Positions 1-9,153 of a stretch of DNA of 64,000 bases are shown one piece after another. Where the stretch lies: positions 1-64,000 of IMG/VR virus record IMGVR_UViG_3300046616_000431. One strand, written 5' to 3'. Under the pieces are notes generated by a model. The model saw only the letters and a list, made by a program, of their open reading frames with translations. It was not told the origin of the DNA and did no database searches. Numbering within the stretch: the stretch's first letter is position 1; each line of letters begins with the position of its first letter. The position numbers and the translations under genes were made by a program. This DNA comes from a virus.

Positions 1-15
1 ACCGGCGACAACCGG

Positions 16-210
16 ATGGACATCCACTCCTCCGCCGTGTGGGGCGAGGTGCTCAACTACGAGAGCACCGAGAAGAAGGACTACGACGACGCCAAGATCC
101 TCAAGGAGAAGGGCGAGAACCAGAAGAGCACCGGTGCCGCTCTCCTCGCTGTCGGCGTGGTCGTCTTCGTCCTGCGCTTCACCGGCCGCCCGTCCGCCAA
201 GGAGGTCTGA
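16..210 (+). CDS. small membrane protein (start may lie upstream of window)
   Basis: GC3-rich frame; C-terminal hydrophobic stretch AALLAVGVVVFVL. Confidence 0.55.
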   Translation: MDIHSSAVWGEVLNYESTEKKDYDDAKILKEKGENQKSTGAALLAVGVVVFVLRFTGRPSAKEV

Positions 211-213
211 GCC

Positions 214-513
214 ATGGCCGACAACATGGTCACCGTGCGGCTGCCGCGCGGCCTCGCCGAGGAGATCGCCGCCATCATCGACGCGCACATGGACGAATAC
301 CCCGTCGATCACGAGTGGGAGGTGATCGAGGCCGTCCGCCAGCTCGACCCGGCCAAGGGCGCAGAGATGTACAGGTCGCATCGCTACCGGATCAACGGCG
401 GCACGGTGTACGACGTCAAGGCTCAGCAGGAGGTCGAGACCGAGTTCGCCAACTCCGACGCCGCCCGCGCCTGGGTCAAGCGGCATGGCAAGGCGAGCGA
501 CACCAACGACTGA
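214..513 (+). CDS. hypothetical protein
   Basis: GGAGG upstream, GC3-rich frame, followed by hairpin. Confidence 0.7.
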   Translation: MADNMVTVRLPRGLAEEIAAIIDAHMDEYPVDHEWEVIEAVRQLDPAKGAEMYRSHRYRINGGTVYDVKAQQEVETEFANSDAARAWVKRHGKASDTND

Positions 514-550
514 GCCGCCATGACGTCGTGACGTCACGCCACCGGATCGC

Positions 551-597
551 ACGACCCCACCCCAGCGCACTACATAGGGCGCTAGGGTGGGGTCGTT
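551..597. terminator. stem-loop / putative intrinsic terminator
   Basis: ACGACCCCACCCCAGCGC ... GCGCTAGGGTGGGGTCGT inverted repeat. Confidence 0.55.
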
Positions 598-627
598 GTT
601 CCACCCCCGCAGAAGGAGACTGTCCAG

Positions 628-1179
628 ATGAAGAAGGCATCCATCAGGCACCGGCGCCTCTACGCCGTCACGGGAGCGGACCGCGTCACCGTTCCCTCGC
701 TGGTGCTGGACAACGCTCTGTGGGACCGCCTGCCCGAGGCGGACGGATTCGTCTACCGGCCCGCCCCTGAAGGCTCACGCCGGTCGACCATCCTCGACCG
801 CGACACCGGCGCCCGCCGGGGCATCCTCGCCGTACTGCCCCGGTCAGGCGCCAAGCTCACCCAGGCCATGGTCAAGAACCTGGAGCGCCTGGCCCGCAAG
901 GCCGAGGACCTGGATGTCCCCGGCACCGGCGAGGACGCTGTCTCGGCGCTGAGGAAGCTCATCGAGGAGCCGCTGATCCTCGACGTCGTCCGCGACGCCA
1001 AGGTCGTCATGCCCTGGGACGCGTACGTCACCGGCGAACGCCTCCACAGCTGCCCAGCCAAAGGCTGCGGCACGCTCGTCGCCATGAACGCAGCCAGCAG
1101 GCTCCGTGCCCACCCCGACCGCACCGGCGCGTCCTGCCCCCGGTCCAACACCCCGCTTACCGAAGAGGAGCGAAACTGA
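628..1179 (+). CDS. hypothetical protein, C-terminal Cys/His cluster
   Basis: AAGGAG RBS; CPAKGC...H...CP; translationally coupled to next gene. Confidence 0.7.
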   Translation: MKKASIRHRRLYAVTGADRVTVPSLVLDNALWDRLPEADGFVYRPAPEGSRRSTILDRDTGARRGILAVLPRSGAKLTQAMVKNLERLARKAEDLDVPGTGEDAVSALRKLIEEPLILDVVRDAKVVMPWDAYVTGERLHSCPAKGCGTLVAMNAASRLRAHPDRTGASCPRSNTPLTEEERN

Positions 1180-1661
1180 TGGGTCGCACCCACCTGAGCG
1201 AGGAGTACGCCAAGCTCCTCGACGGCCGCGCCAGGATCGGAGCCGACAGGCTCGTCGATGATCTGATCGCGCGGCTGGCCGAGTACCTCTGGCTCCACTA
1301 CCCCGGCGCCCATCGCGTGCTCATCACCATCGACGACGTCACCGGCCGTGCCGAGCCGATGCAGATCCTCGGCGAGGACGACCGGCCCCTCTGGTCGGTC
1401 GACGGCCCCGGCTGGGAGCCGGGCGGGGACAATGGCCCGCTCCAGTCCCTCGCCCCTGGTGACGCCGCCGACCGCCACGGCGCGCGCATCCACCACGATC
1501 TCGCCCTCCTCGGCATGCTGTTGCCCGAGGGAACCCAGTGGTCCGAGCCCTGGCCCGGACAGGGGATACGCTCGACGGCGCCGGGCGCCGACTGGGAGAT
1601 CATTCTTCCCACCAGTACCAACCGGTTGCAGTTTCTCGAAGAAGAAAAAATGGGAAAGTAA
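1179..1661 (+). CDS. hypothetical protein
   Basis: TGATG overlap with previous gene; GC3 bias. Confidence 0.7.
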   Translation: MGRTHLSEEYAKLLDGRARIGADRLVDDLIARLAEYLWLHYPGAHRVLITIDDVTGRAEPMQILGEDDRPLWSVDGPGWEPGGDNGPLQSLAPGDAADRHGARIHHDLALLGMLLPEGTQWSEPWPGQGIRSTAPGADWEIILPTSTNRLQFLEEEKMGK

Positions 1662-1665
1662 TTCC

Positions 1666-1697
1666 ACCTACCCCAGCTTTGGGGTAGGTTCTTTTTT
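1666..1697 (+). terminator. intrinsic terminator
   Basis: ACCTACCCCA-GCTT-TGGGGTAGGT followed by TCTTTTTT. Confidence 0.75.
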
Positions 1698-1770
1698 TAG
1701 ACGGAACAGGCCGCGCCAACGGCCTCTCCGCCCGCCAATTTCCCTCGACCCGCCACGAAGGAAGAAGACC

Positions 1771-2259
1771 ATGAACTCTGCTGCTGTCTCCCGCGCTGCC
1801 CTGACCGCCGCGCTCGGCGCCGTCACAGCCTCCCTGATGCTGGGCACCGCCACCCCTGCCGAAGCCGCCACCCTTAAACAGGCGGCCCTGAAGGTCGCCG
1901 CCGCCCAGAAGGGCGACCCGTACCAGTACGGCGCGACGGGCCCGGACCGCTTCGACTGCTCCGGCCTCACGTACTACTCGTACAAGAAGGCGGGCAAGAA
2001 GATCTCCCGCACCGCGCAGGCTCAGTACAACAACTCCCGGCACATTTCCGGGCACAGCGTGGCCAAGGGCGACCTGGTCTTCATCGGCCAGTCGACCAGG
2101 TCGATATACCACGTGGGTATCTACGCGGGCTTCTGGTCCGGCAAGTCGTGGATCTGGAATGCCAACACCGGCGCGTACCGGGGGCGCAAGGTCGTGCTGG
2201 CGCCGCTGCGCGAGTACACCACCCGTGGGTCGAAGGCGTACTTCGGCGAGGTCAAGTAA
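1771..2259 (+). CDS. secreted NlpC/P60 family peptidoglycan endopeptidase
   Basis: signal peptide ending AEA; PYQYGATGPDRFDCSGL, GDLVF and HVGIY motifs; true start is ATG 1771 inside track ORF 1348..2259. Confidence 0.9.
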   Translation: MNSAAVSRAALTAALGAVTASLMLGTATPAEAATLKQAALKVAAAQKGDPYQYGATGPDRFDCSGLTYYSYKKAGKKISRTAQAQYNNSRHISGHSVAKGDLVFIGQSTRSIYHVGIYAGFWSGKSWIWNANTGAYRGRKVVLAPLREYTTRGSKAYFGEVK

Positions 2260-2696
2260 TGTCCGTGTACTCCACGTACCGCCGGGCGCTTGCGACCGCC
2301 GACGCCTATCTGAGGCTCAACATCACCACGGGGCTCGCCGACGTCATCGTCGGCTCCCAGGTCGACTTCCTGCTCGTCGACACCTACCGCGACGACAAGG
2401 TGCAGCCTGGCAAGGGTGGCCGCTACCAGGTCGACACGGCTGACGGCCAGTGTGTGCGGTTCTCGCCGATCGCCCGGGTCCGGGTGCCGTACGCAAACTG
2501 GTACCAGCACGCCACGAGCCCCGACGGCCGCGTCTCCCACCCCCGGGCGCCGATGACCGGCAAGCAGGTGCACAAGAAGACCACCCGCCTCGACGGGATC
2601 CACGTCCTGGCATCCGGCGACATCGTGCACCTCCGCCGGGGGCGCTGCGTGGAGTCGTGGAGCCCCCTCCCTGACACTCCTGAGGAGAACCGGTAG
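2259..2696 (+). CDS. hypothetical protein
   Basis: TAATG coupling with NlpC/P60 gene. Confidence 0.65.
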   Translation: MSVYSTYRRALATADAYLRLNITTGLADVIVGSQVDFLLVDTYRDDKVQPGKGGRYQVDTADGQCVRFSPIARVRVPYANWYQHATSPDGRVSHPRAPMTGKQVHKKTTRLDGIHVLASGDIVHLRRGRCVESWSPLPDTPEENR

Positions 2697-2706
2697 GTTC
2701 AAGATC

Positions 2707-2745
2707 GACAAAAGCCCCATGACTGTCTGTCATGGGGCTTTTGTC
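2707..2745. terminator. bidirectional terminator
   Basis: perfect 17-bp inverted repeat GACAAAAGCCCCATGAC / GTCATGGGGCTTTTGTC. Confidence 0.8.
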
Positions 2746-2913
2746 ATATGCGCAGTTGGCAGGGTAGCCCATCACAGATGGGGCACCGAGTGTCACTTTT
2801 TTGCATATGCCTAGCGGCGTTCGAAACCGGGTGTAGAGTGATCGAACGCAGACCCCGCCAAGTCTGCTCATCAGCCCGCCACTTGCCGTCTCCACCCGCC
2901 AGGAGATCTCTTC

Positions 2914-3174
2914 ATGTCTTCAGCCGCACCCCCGCGTCTCGCCTCCGAGCACGTCACGAGTGAGCTGATCGACGACTCCTACACCCTCCCCCTCGACCTC
3001 GCGGCTCAGCTGCTGGGGTGTTCCGAGGAGGACGCGCGACGGCTGGTCGACTACTCGCAGCTCAACGCGAAGTCCGGCATCGAAGGCCCGCTCACGGTCA
3101 AAAGGAACCAGGGCGTCACCTTGCTGTCCGTTCTCGCCTACCGCCGCCAGACGGCGACCGCCCACTCCGCCTGA
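2914..3174 (+). CDS. small putative DNA-binding (excisionase/HTH-like) protein
   Basis: AGGAG RBS; LDLAAQLLGCSEEDARRLV resembles a winged-HTH helix pair. Confidence 0.5.
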   Translation: MSSAAPPRLASEHVTSELIDDSYTLPLDLAAQLLGCSEEDARRLVDYSQLNAKSGIEGPLTVKRNQGVTLLSVLAYRRQTATAHSA

Positions 3175-3194
3175 GACGAAAGGGGGCAACCGCC

Positions 3195-3701
3195 ATGCCC
3201 CGGCCCGACATGCTCGCCGTTCGCTCCGCACTGGACCTGACCGACAGGCAGTCTCACCGCCTGGTCGCGTTTGCAGCCCTGGATGACATCACCGGCTACA
3301 AGCGCCCCCGCTCTCTGTGGAACCACCCGACTCTGGCCCGGCAGCTCGGGCTGGGCCCGCACTTCGTGGCCCTCCTGCAGAACTACCTTCTGTACCGCGC
3401 CGCCCGGGACATCAGCCACGCGCAGAGTCTGCGCCCGCACGGCGACAACGTGGCCCTGCTGGTCCGCGTCGAGGACGAAAGGCCGCTGGACCGGATCCGC
3501 ATGGTGGCCAGCAGGCAGCGCGAGGCCCAGCTGGCCGCGCTGCTCGCCCTCGGAATGGTCCGCAAGGTCCGCGTCGAGGGCTTGGTCGTCGTCGACATCG
3601 AAAGATCTCTGGGCCGCGCCTGCGGGCTCGCCTGGGAAGACCTCACCGCCATCTACCAGCGTCAGCGCACCGCCCAGAAGAAGGAGCTGATCGGAGCATG
3701 A
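3195..3701 (+). CDS. hypothetical protein
   Basis: AGGGGG RBS then ATG 3195; GC3 bias. Confidence 0.65.
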   Translation: MPRPDMLAVRSALDLTDRQSHRLVAFAALDDITGYKRPRSLWNHPTLARQLGLGPHFVALLQNYLLYRAARDISHAQSLRPHGDNVALLVRVEDERPLDRIRMVASRQREAQLAALLALGMVRKVRVEGLVVVDIERSLGRACGLAWEDLTAIYQRQRTAQKKELIGA

Positions 3702-4309
3702 GCATCAAGGACACCCCCATCGGGGTCACCCTCACGTACAAGCCGCACGGCGCGTTCCTGCCGGTGGACCGCGAGTTCCCCTGGGCGACGCCGGACGACC
3801 TGGTGTTCGTCCTGGCCGCCTTCCAGGCCCGCCAGGGGCGGGGCCGGGTCACCAGAGCCGAGATCGTCGAGGCGCTCCACGAGGCCCGCATGAGCCAGAT
3901 GGAGTGGCACGAGGACCACATGCGTACGGCGCTGCTCACGGGGCTGGGCTGGTGGGCGAAGCTGGTGCCGTCGAGGCTGATAGACCGGGTCATCGAGCTG
4001 GCGATGAACCACTACTACGAGTCCACCTCGCAGTGGGCCGTGGAGATGGCCGACCTGTACGAGCAGGTGAACAGCCTGAACTCGCGGATGAGCGACGTCG
4101 GCCGGGCGCAGACGCAGCAGGCGCGGATCCGCCGGGCCGCGCCGTCGTATGGGCCGATGATCCACTGCGGTGGCGGATGCGACAAGGCGATCCTGCTGGA
4201 GCACCTCGCGAGTCCGCCGCCGGGCTGGACCGTCAGCGAGGAGAAGGTGCCGTTCTGTCCCGAGCACTCCGGCGCTGACGTCGTGACGTCGCAGGTGGTT
4301 TCTTCCTGA
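3698..4309 (+). CDS. hypothetical protein, C-terminal zinc-ribbon-like motif
   Basis: ATGA overlap; CGGGC...GW...FCPEH. Confidence 0.7.
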   Translation: MSIKDTPIGVTLTYKPHGAFLPVDREFPWATPDDLVFVLAAFQARQGRGRVTRAEIVEALHEARMSQMEWHEDHMRTALLTGLGWWAKLVPSRLIDRVIELAMNHYYESTSQWAVEMADLYEQVNSLNSRMSDVGRAQTQQARIRRAAPSYGPMIHCGGGCDKAILLEHLASPPPGWTVSEEKVPFCPEHSGADVVTSQVVSS

Positions 4310-4479
4310 TGGGGCGTTTTCTTCTCGGTCTGTTCCTTGCCGGTGCCACCTTCTGGGCGGTCTGGAGAGGAACCGGCGATCCGGCGCTGGCCATATTCGT
4401 GATGTGCATGGTCGCCCTGAGCGTCTGGTTCGGCGCCTTCCGGTGCCGGTGCGAGTCCTGCACCGAGGCGCGCGGGTAA
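4309..4479 (+). CDS. 56-aa two-TM membrane protein with CxCxxC tail (not in ORF track)
   Basis: TGATG coupling; MGRFLLGLFLAGATFWAVWRGTGDPALAIFVMCMVALSVWFGAFRCRCESCTEARG. Confidence 0.6.
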   Translation: MGRFLLGLFLAGATFWAVWRGTGDPALAIFVMCMVALSVWFGAFRCRCESCTEARG

Positions 4480-4543
4480 CGCTCGGGGCGCTGTCTGTGA
4501 GCCGTCCAGCAGCACCAGGGGGTGGGGAAGGGAGCCCACCACC

Positions 4544-5092
4544 ATGCTGCTGGCCGATCACCAGATCATTGACCGCATTCACGGCGGAGATCTGAAAATC
4601 TCGCCGTTCGACCCCACCCGAGTACAGCCCGCCTCCGTGGACATGCTGCTCGACCAGTACGTACGCACGCTGGCCGGGCCGAAGTGGGGCGAGATCGACG
4701 TCGCCAACGTCCCAGCCCGGCACACCACGCTCAGCGAGATCGGCGACGACGGCTGGCTGCTGGACCCGGGCGACTTCATCCTCGGTTGCACCGTGGAACG
4801 TGTGACCCTGCCGCCCGATTTGGCAGCGAGGGTCGAAGGCAAGAGTTCCCTGGGCCGGTTGGGCCTGACCGTGCACGTGACGGCAGGCTTCATCGACCCG
4901 GGGTTCAGCGGGCAGATCACGCTGGAGATCGCCAACCTGTCCGGCAAGCCGATCCGGCTCCGGCGGCTGATGCCGATCGCCCAGCTGTGCCTGATCCCGA
5001 TGGCGGCCGTCCCCGAGCGGCCGTACGGGCGGGCGGGCAACCACTACCAGGACCAGTACGGTCCCACGGAGTCGCGCTACGAATTGCGCTGA
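4544..5092 (+). CDS. dcd: dCTP deaminase
   Basis: QPASVD, ARVEGKSSLGRLGL, TAGFIDPGFSGQITLE and YQDQ motifs. Confidence 0.95.
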   Translation: MLLADHQIIDRIHGGDLKISPFDPTRVQPASVDMLLDQYVRTLAGPKWGEIDVANVPARHTTLSEIGDDGWLLDPGDFILGCTVERVTLPPDLAARVEGKSSLGRLGLTVHVTAGFIDPGFSGQITLEIANLSGKPIRLRRLMPIAQLCLIPMAAVPERPYGRAGNHYQDQYGPTESRYELR

Positions 5093-5167
5093 TCCTGGAA
5101 CTTTGGCGGTGGTTGTCGGAGCCCCCCGGCAGAATGACACCACCGCCAAGGCGCAGGGAGAACAGCG

Positions 5168-6940
5168 ATGGCAAAGCGTAAGCAGGGCCTGCTTCCGTGG
5201 CCCGAGAACATCTGGCACACCGAGGGGTGCGCCACCACCGCCGGGCTCGTGTACGACATCCAGACGTACCTGATGCAGATGCACCAGGTGGGACGCATCC
5301 AGCAGTACCGCGAGTTCGACCCCCGGGACAACGACCCCGGCAGCCGCGCGTGGTGGGGGTTCGACGCCGGATGGTGCACCGACGACGGCGCCCGTGTCCG
5401 GGCCCGCCTGAACCTGATGCCGGACCAGATCGAGGCGGAGCATCTGGGGGCGACCCGGGAGACGGTCTCCGCCAACCGCACGATCCCGCTGCGGATGGGC
5501 TGGACCGTGACGGCCGAGGCCGACCGGCCCTGGCAGCCGGAGTGGGCCTCGCCCGCCCTGGCGTTCCTTCCTGCGCGCGGCGACCTGAACTGGGACCGGG
5601 ACTGGCTCACCGGCCAGCTGTCGATGCACGCCATCACGGCCTTCAGCGAGATCGCCCCTGAGCGGACCCGCAAGCTGCTTGAGCAGCTGTCGATGTCCAC
5701 CTGGTACACCACGGTCATCACCCACGACCGGCGCCCCATCACGTCCGAGCCGCTGCCGGGCCTGTTCGGCATGCTGCCGGACAGCATGGTCGGCCGGGTC
5801 CTGGAGATCCGCGCCTACGGCGACCAGGACCAGGTGTTCAACGAGCTGCTCACCGAGCACCGGGTCTCGCTGCCCTGGGGCGGCTCGGTGATCCTGCCGT
5901 CCATCCCGCGCAAGGACCACTGGAACTCGGCCGACTACGCGCTCAGGGTGCCCGGTGGGGACTTCTCCCGGCTGCTGCAGAAGACCGCCCTGCACGTCAT
6001 GCGGTACGCGGCCTTCCCCTCTCACTACCATGACCGGGTCCGTGACGCGGCGGAGAGTATGCGGGCCTCCTGGGAGCTGCCGGAGGTCGAGCTGGCGGCC
6101 GGTCACCTCCAGCTGAAGCTGGACGATGCGCTGCGGGACGTTGGCGAGCTGCGGCTGGAGCTGGAGTCTGCCAGCCTCCGGATCGAGGATCTGGAAGAGA
6201 AGCGCCGGGCGGCCGAGGAGATCGCCAGGGAGGCCGAGGGCACGGTCCTGGAGACGATGAAGGCGTACCGGGAGCACCCGCTGGAGGTGCGGGCGGCGGA
6301 GGCGCTGGCGCAGGCTGAGGCGGCGTTCTCGGAGCAGGAGGCGGCCGAGGCGCTGGCGGAGGACCTGACGGCCGAGGTGTCGTGGCTGCGGCGCCAGCTG
6401 GCCCAGGTGCCCGGCCGCTCGTACGGGGAGAAGGCGCCGGAGCGGCCGAAGGGACCCAGGGACTGGCACGAGCTTCCGGAGCTGATCTCTTCCCTGATGC
6501 CGCACATCGCGCTGGGGATCTCGTGGGAGCCGGTGGAGAAGCTGTACGGGCACAAGCACGAGATGAACTGGCTGCGCCGGACCTGGGACGTCCTGGAGGC
6601 GCTGGAGGCGTACGCGGAGGCGAAGAAGGAGCACGGGTCGGGTGTCCTGCCGCACTTCACCTCCTACCTGAACTGGCCCAAGGCCACGGTCCTGGTTCCC
6701 TTGAGTTTCTACAGCGCCAAGGAGACGTCGGTGCTTCGCCGGGACCCGAAGTGGAAGGCGATGCGGATGGTCAGGGTGCCGGGTCTGGGCGAGGTCTTCA
6801 TGGGCGAGCACTTCCGTATCGGCGGCAACCGGCCTCCCGCGCCGCGCATGCACGTCTACGACGACACCTCCGGCCCGACCGGGAAGATCCACGTCGGTTA
6901 CATCGGCCCGCACCTGCCGAACGGCAACGACGCCTCCTAG
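5168..6940 (+). CDS. coiled-coil protein with putative C-terminal RelE-like nuclease domain
   Basis: long E/A-rich coiled coil; C-terminus HFRIG...PRMHVYDD...IHVGYIGPHL. Confidence 0.6.
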   Translation: MAKRKQGLLPWPENIWHTEGCATTAGLVYDIQTYLMQMHQVGRIQQYREFDPRDNDPGSRAWWGFDAGWCTDDGARVRARLNLMPDQIEAEHLGATRETVSANRTIPLRMGWTVTAEADRPWQPEWASPALAFLPARGDLNWDRDWLTGQLSMHAITAFSEIAPERTRKLLEQLSMSTWYTTVITHDRRPITSEPLPGLFGMLPDSMVGRVLEIRAYGDQDQVFNELLTEHRVSLPWGGSVILPSIPRKDHWNSADYALRVPGGDFSRLLQKTALHVMRYAAFPSHYHDRVRDAAESMRASWELPEVELAAGHLQLKLDDALRDVGELRLELESASLRIEDLEEKRRAAEEIAREAEGTVLETMKAYREHPLEVRAAEALAQAEAAFSEQEAAEALAEDLTAEVSWLRRQLAQVPGRSYGEKAPERPKGPRDWHELPELISSLMPHIALGISWEPVEKLYGHKHEMNWLRRTWDVLEALEAYAEAKKEHGSGVLPHFTSYLNWPKATVLVPLSFYSAKETSVLRRDPKWKAMRMVRVPGLGEVFMGEHFRIGGNRPPAPRMHVYDDTSGPTGKIHVGYIGPHLPNGNDAS

Positions 6941-7014
6941 CACCTCTTCTCCTCCTGCTTGCTGTCTCACCCCTCTCTACGCCCTTCCAAGGGGCGAAGG
7001 GAGGGGTGATTTGC

Positions 7015-9147
7015 ATGCACGCTGCCGGACTGCCCGATCGGGACCTGTGGGACGAGGACGAGCCCGTCCGCGAGCCGATGCGCCCGCAGGCGGCTGATGC
7101 ACGCCGTAACCCCTCCCGCGACGACAAGCGGATACGCCGCCGGATGCGCCGGTCGGGCGCGCAGGAGGAGAACGAGATGCCCATCCCTGACCGCTCGCAA
7201 CTGGTGCAGCGGATCGCGAGCGCCACAAGCCTCGCCGACCAGATGGTCCTGGTCGGCCAGCTCGACGAGCTGGACCGCCAGAGCCAGCGGCAGGCCGCGC
7301 TGGAGCGCGAGGTCGACCTGTCCCAGACCTCGATCGACGCGGCCATGACGCCGATCGTGTCCCGCACCGCGCGCGGCACGATGGCCAGCGACTGGCTGAC
7401 CGAGATCGCCGACGAGCCGCTGGACCAGTCCAAGCTGGTCGCCCAGGCGGCCGTCTGGTACGGCCAGGTGCCGGACTTCGTGAAGTCCGACGAGGTCGAG
7501 TTCAGCGAGCAGGCGCGCGGCATGGCCCGCAAGATCGCCTCAGGTATGGGCGGCCACGCCCAGGCCGCCGAGCAGATCTTCGTCAGCTACGCCGCGTTCC
7601 TGCGCGCGCAGGCGGCCTCCGGCCTGGACCAGATCCAGCAGACCACGGCGCCCGACGGCGTGAGCCAGAAGGCGACGCCGCTGCCTCCGGACGTGTTCGA
7701 CAACTTCGCCCCGCCGGTGGCCGACATCAACACTGGTGTCACCGGCACGGAGGACTCCAACCAGGCCCCGGCGATCCAGATGGCCGTCGGCGGGGGCGGC
7801 AACTCCTCCCCTGAGGTCCCCGGCGGGCACTCCGAGACCGGCGAGATGACCGGCCCGGCCCCCGAGCCGTCCCTCGGCGGCGGCGGCGGCGGCTCCGCGC
7901 CGGAGCGGGCCGGTGGTCACTCCGAGGCGCCCGCCGCGTCCGAGCCGGTCCAGGAGCCCGCGCCTGCGGTCGACCCGGGCCAGGGTCCGGCGGCCGGTTC
8001 CGGCGGCGCGCAGCCGTACGGCGCCGGTGGCGACCAGGAGCCGCGCAAGCAGGCCGCGTCCGGGCTGCCGATGATCCAGCAGACCGTCGACCCGCACGAC
8101 GCGCCGTCCACGCAGCCGCTGAACACCACCGTGGCGTTCCCGTGGACGCTCGACGAGGGCGGCGAGGCCGACGGCATGACCGGCGAGGCCCAGTACGACC
8201 AGGGCGGCCAGGTCTCCTCCGGCCACCAGTCGCACGCCAGCCGCAAGACGGCCGACCAGTGGACGCAGCCCTCGCAGCTGATCCAGCCGAACGTCGCCAA
8301 CTCGCCCGCGTCCACGCCGCCGCGCACCGTCGCGGACGCGGGCTCCGGCGCGGCCGACGCGGGCTTCGGCACCCAGCCGTCCTTCGGCGACGCGCACGCG
8401 GCCCCGGCCTACACCGAGTCGTACACCTCGGCCGCCCCGGCCGCGCACGCGCAGGACGTGCCCGTGACGATCGGCGGCGACAACGGCACGGGACAGATGC
8501 ACCCGGCATATGCCTCCCGCAAGGTCGCCACCAAGCAGGAGATGCAGCACCCCGACTTCCAGAAGGGCTACAAGTACGCGGCGAAGTGGGCCCCGGGCAC
8601 CCCGCTGGTCACGCCGGGCTCGGCCGAGCTGGAGGCCGGTATCTACGCCGGGTTCACCGACCGGCCGCTGCACCGCGCCGCCTGGCTCTCGGTGCACGCC
8701 GAGCTGTCCAAGGTCGAGCCGAGGCTGGCCCGCCGGATCACGGCGCACCGCCAGTTCACGCACAAGATCGCGGCCGAGCAGGGCCTGCCGACCGACGGCA
8801 CCTACCTCTCGGTGCAGGCGGCCACCGGCATCGACCCCGACACCACGGGCCCGGCGACCTCGCCGTCCCCGACCGGCGACACCCCGATCAACGGCCCCGG
8901 CCGCCCGGCTCCGCTCGACGGACAGACGGGAGCCGCCGACCCGGCCGGTGCCGCGCCCTACAACGGCGCCCCGCCGTACGGCAGCCCGGTCGTCCCGCAG
9001 CAGGCGACCGTGCCGCAGGGCCAGCCGGTGCACATCCCCGACACCGGCATGGCCTCGGCCGCCCCGGCCGGTGGAGGACTGTCACCGACGGCCGCCGCGT
9101 TCCGGCGCCGCGTCCAGGCGGGCCTCCTCGAAGAGAAGAAGGGCTGA
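7015..9147 (+). CDS. large low-complexity internal head / scaffold-like protein (alternative start 7177)
   Basis: follows late motif; in-frame ATGs at 7015 and 7177 both have GGAGG; P/G/A-rich; internal repeat QAASGL..IQQT; shares VAFPWT with scaffold. Confidence 0.7.
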   Translation: MHAAGLPDRDLWDEDEPVREPMRPQAADARRNPSRDDKRIRRRMRRSGAQEENEMPIPDRSQLVQRIASATSLADQMVLVGQLDELDRQSQRQAALEREVDLSQTSIDAAMTPIVSRTARGTMASDWLTEIADEPLDQSKLVAQAAVWYGQVPDFVKSDEVEFSEQARGMARKIASGMGGHAQAAEQIFVSYAAFLRAQAASGLDQIQQTTAPDGVSQKATPLPPDVFDNFAPPVADINTGVTGTEDSNQAPAIQMAVGGGGNSSPEVPGGHSETGEMTGPAPEPSLGGGGGGSAPERAGGHSEAPAASEPVQEPAPAVDPGQGPAAGSGGAQPYGAGGDQEPRKQAASGLPMIQQTVDPHDAPSTQPLNTTVAFPWTLDEGGEADGMTGEAQYDQGGQVSSGHQSHASRKTADQWTQPSQLIQPNVANSPASTPPRTVADAGSGAADAGFGTQPSFGDAHAAPAYTESYTSAAPAAHAQDVPVTIGGDNGTGQMHPAYASRKVATKQEMQHPDFQKGYKYAAKWAPGTPLVTPGSAELEAGIYAGFTDRPLHRAAWLSVHAELSKVEPRLARRITAHRQFTHKIAAEQGLPTDGTYLSVQAATGIDPDTTGPATSPSPTGDTPINGPGRPAPLDGQTGAADPAGAAPYNGAPPYGSPVVPQQATVPQGQPVHIPDTGMASAAPAGGGLSPTAAAFRRRVQAGLLEEKKG

Positions 9148-9153
9148 CCCCTG

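Noticed and set aside
1698-1770. c-di-AMP (ydaO) riboswitch upstream of NlpC/P60, as in host genes
   Set aside because: The leader is too short and no conserved riboswitch motifs were recognised.
3662-6970. Very long - strand ORFs (also 11628..14018, 14561..17167, 27053..29914, 45098..47422, 48223..51021, 52720..55332)
   Set aside because: Antisense shadows of GC3-rich + strand genes, with R/G/V/L-biased translations and no motifs.
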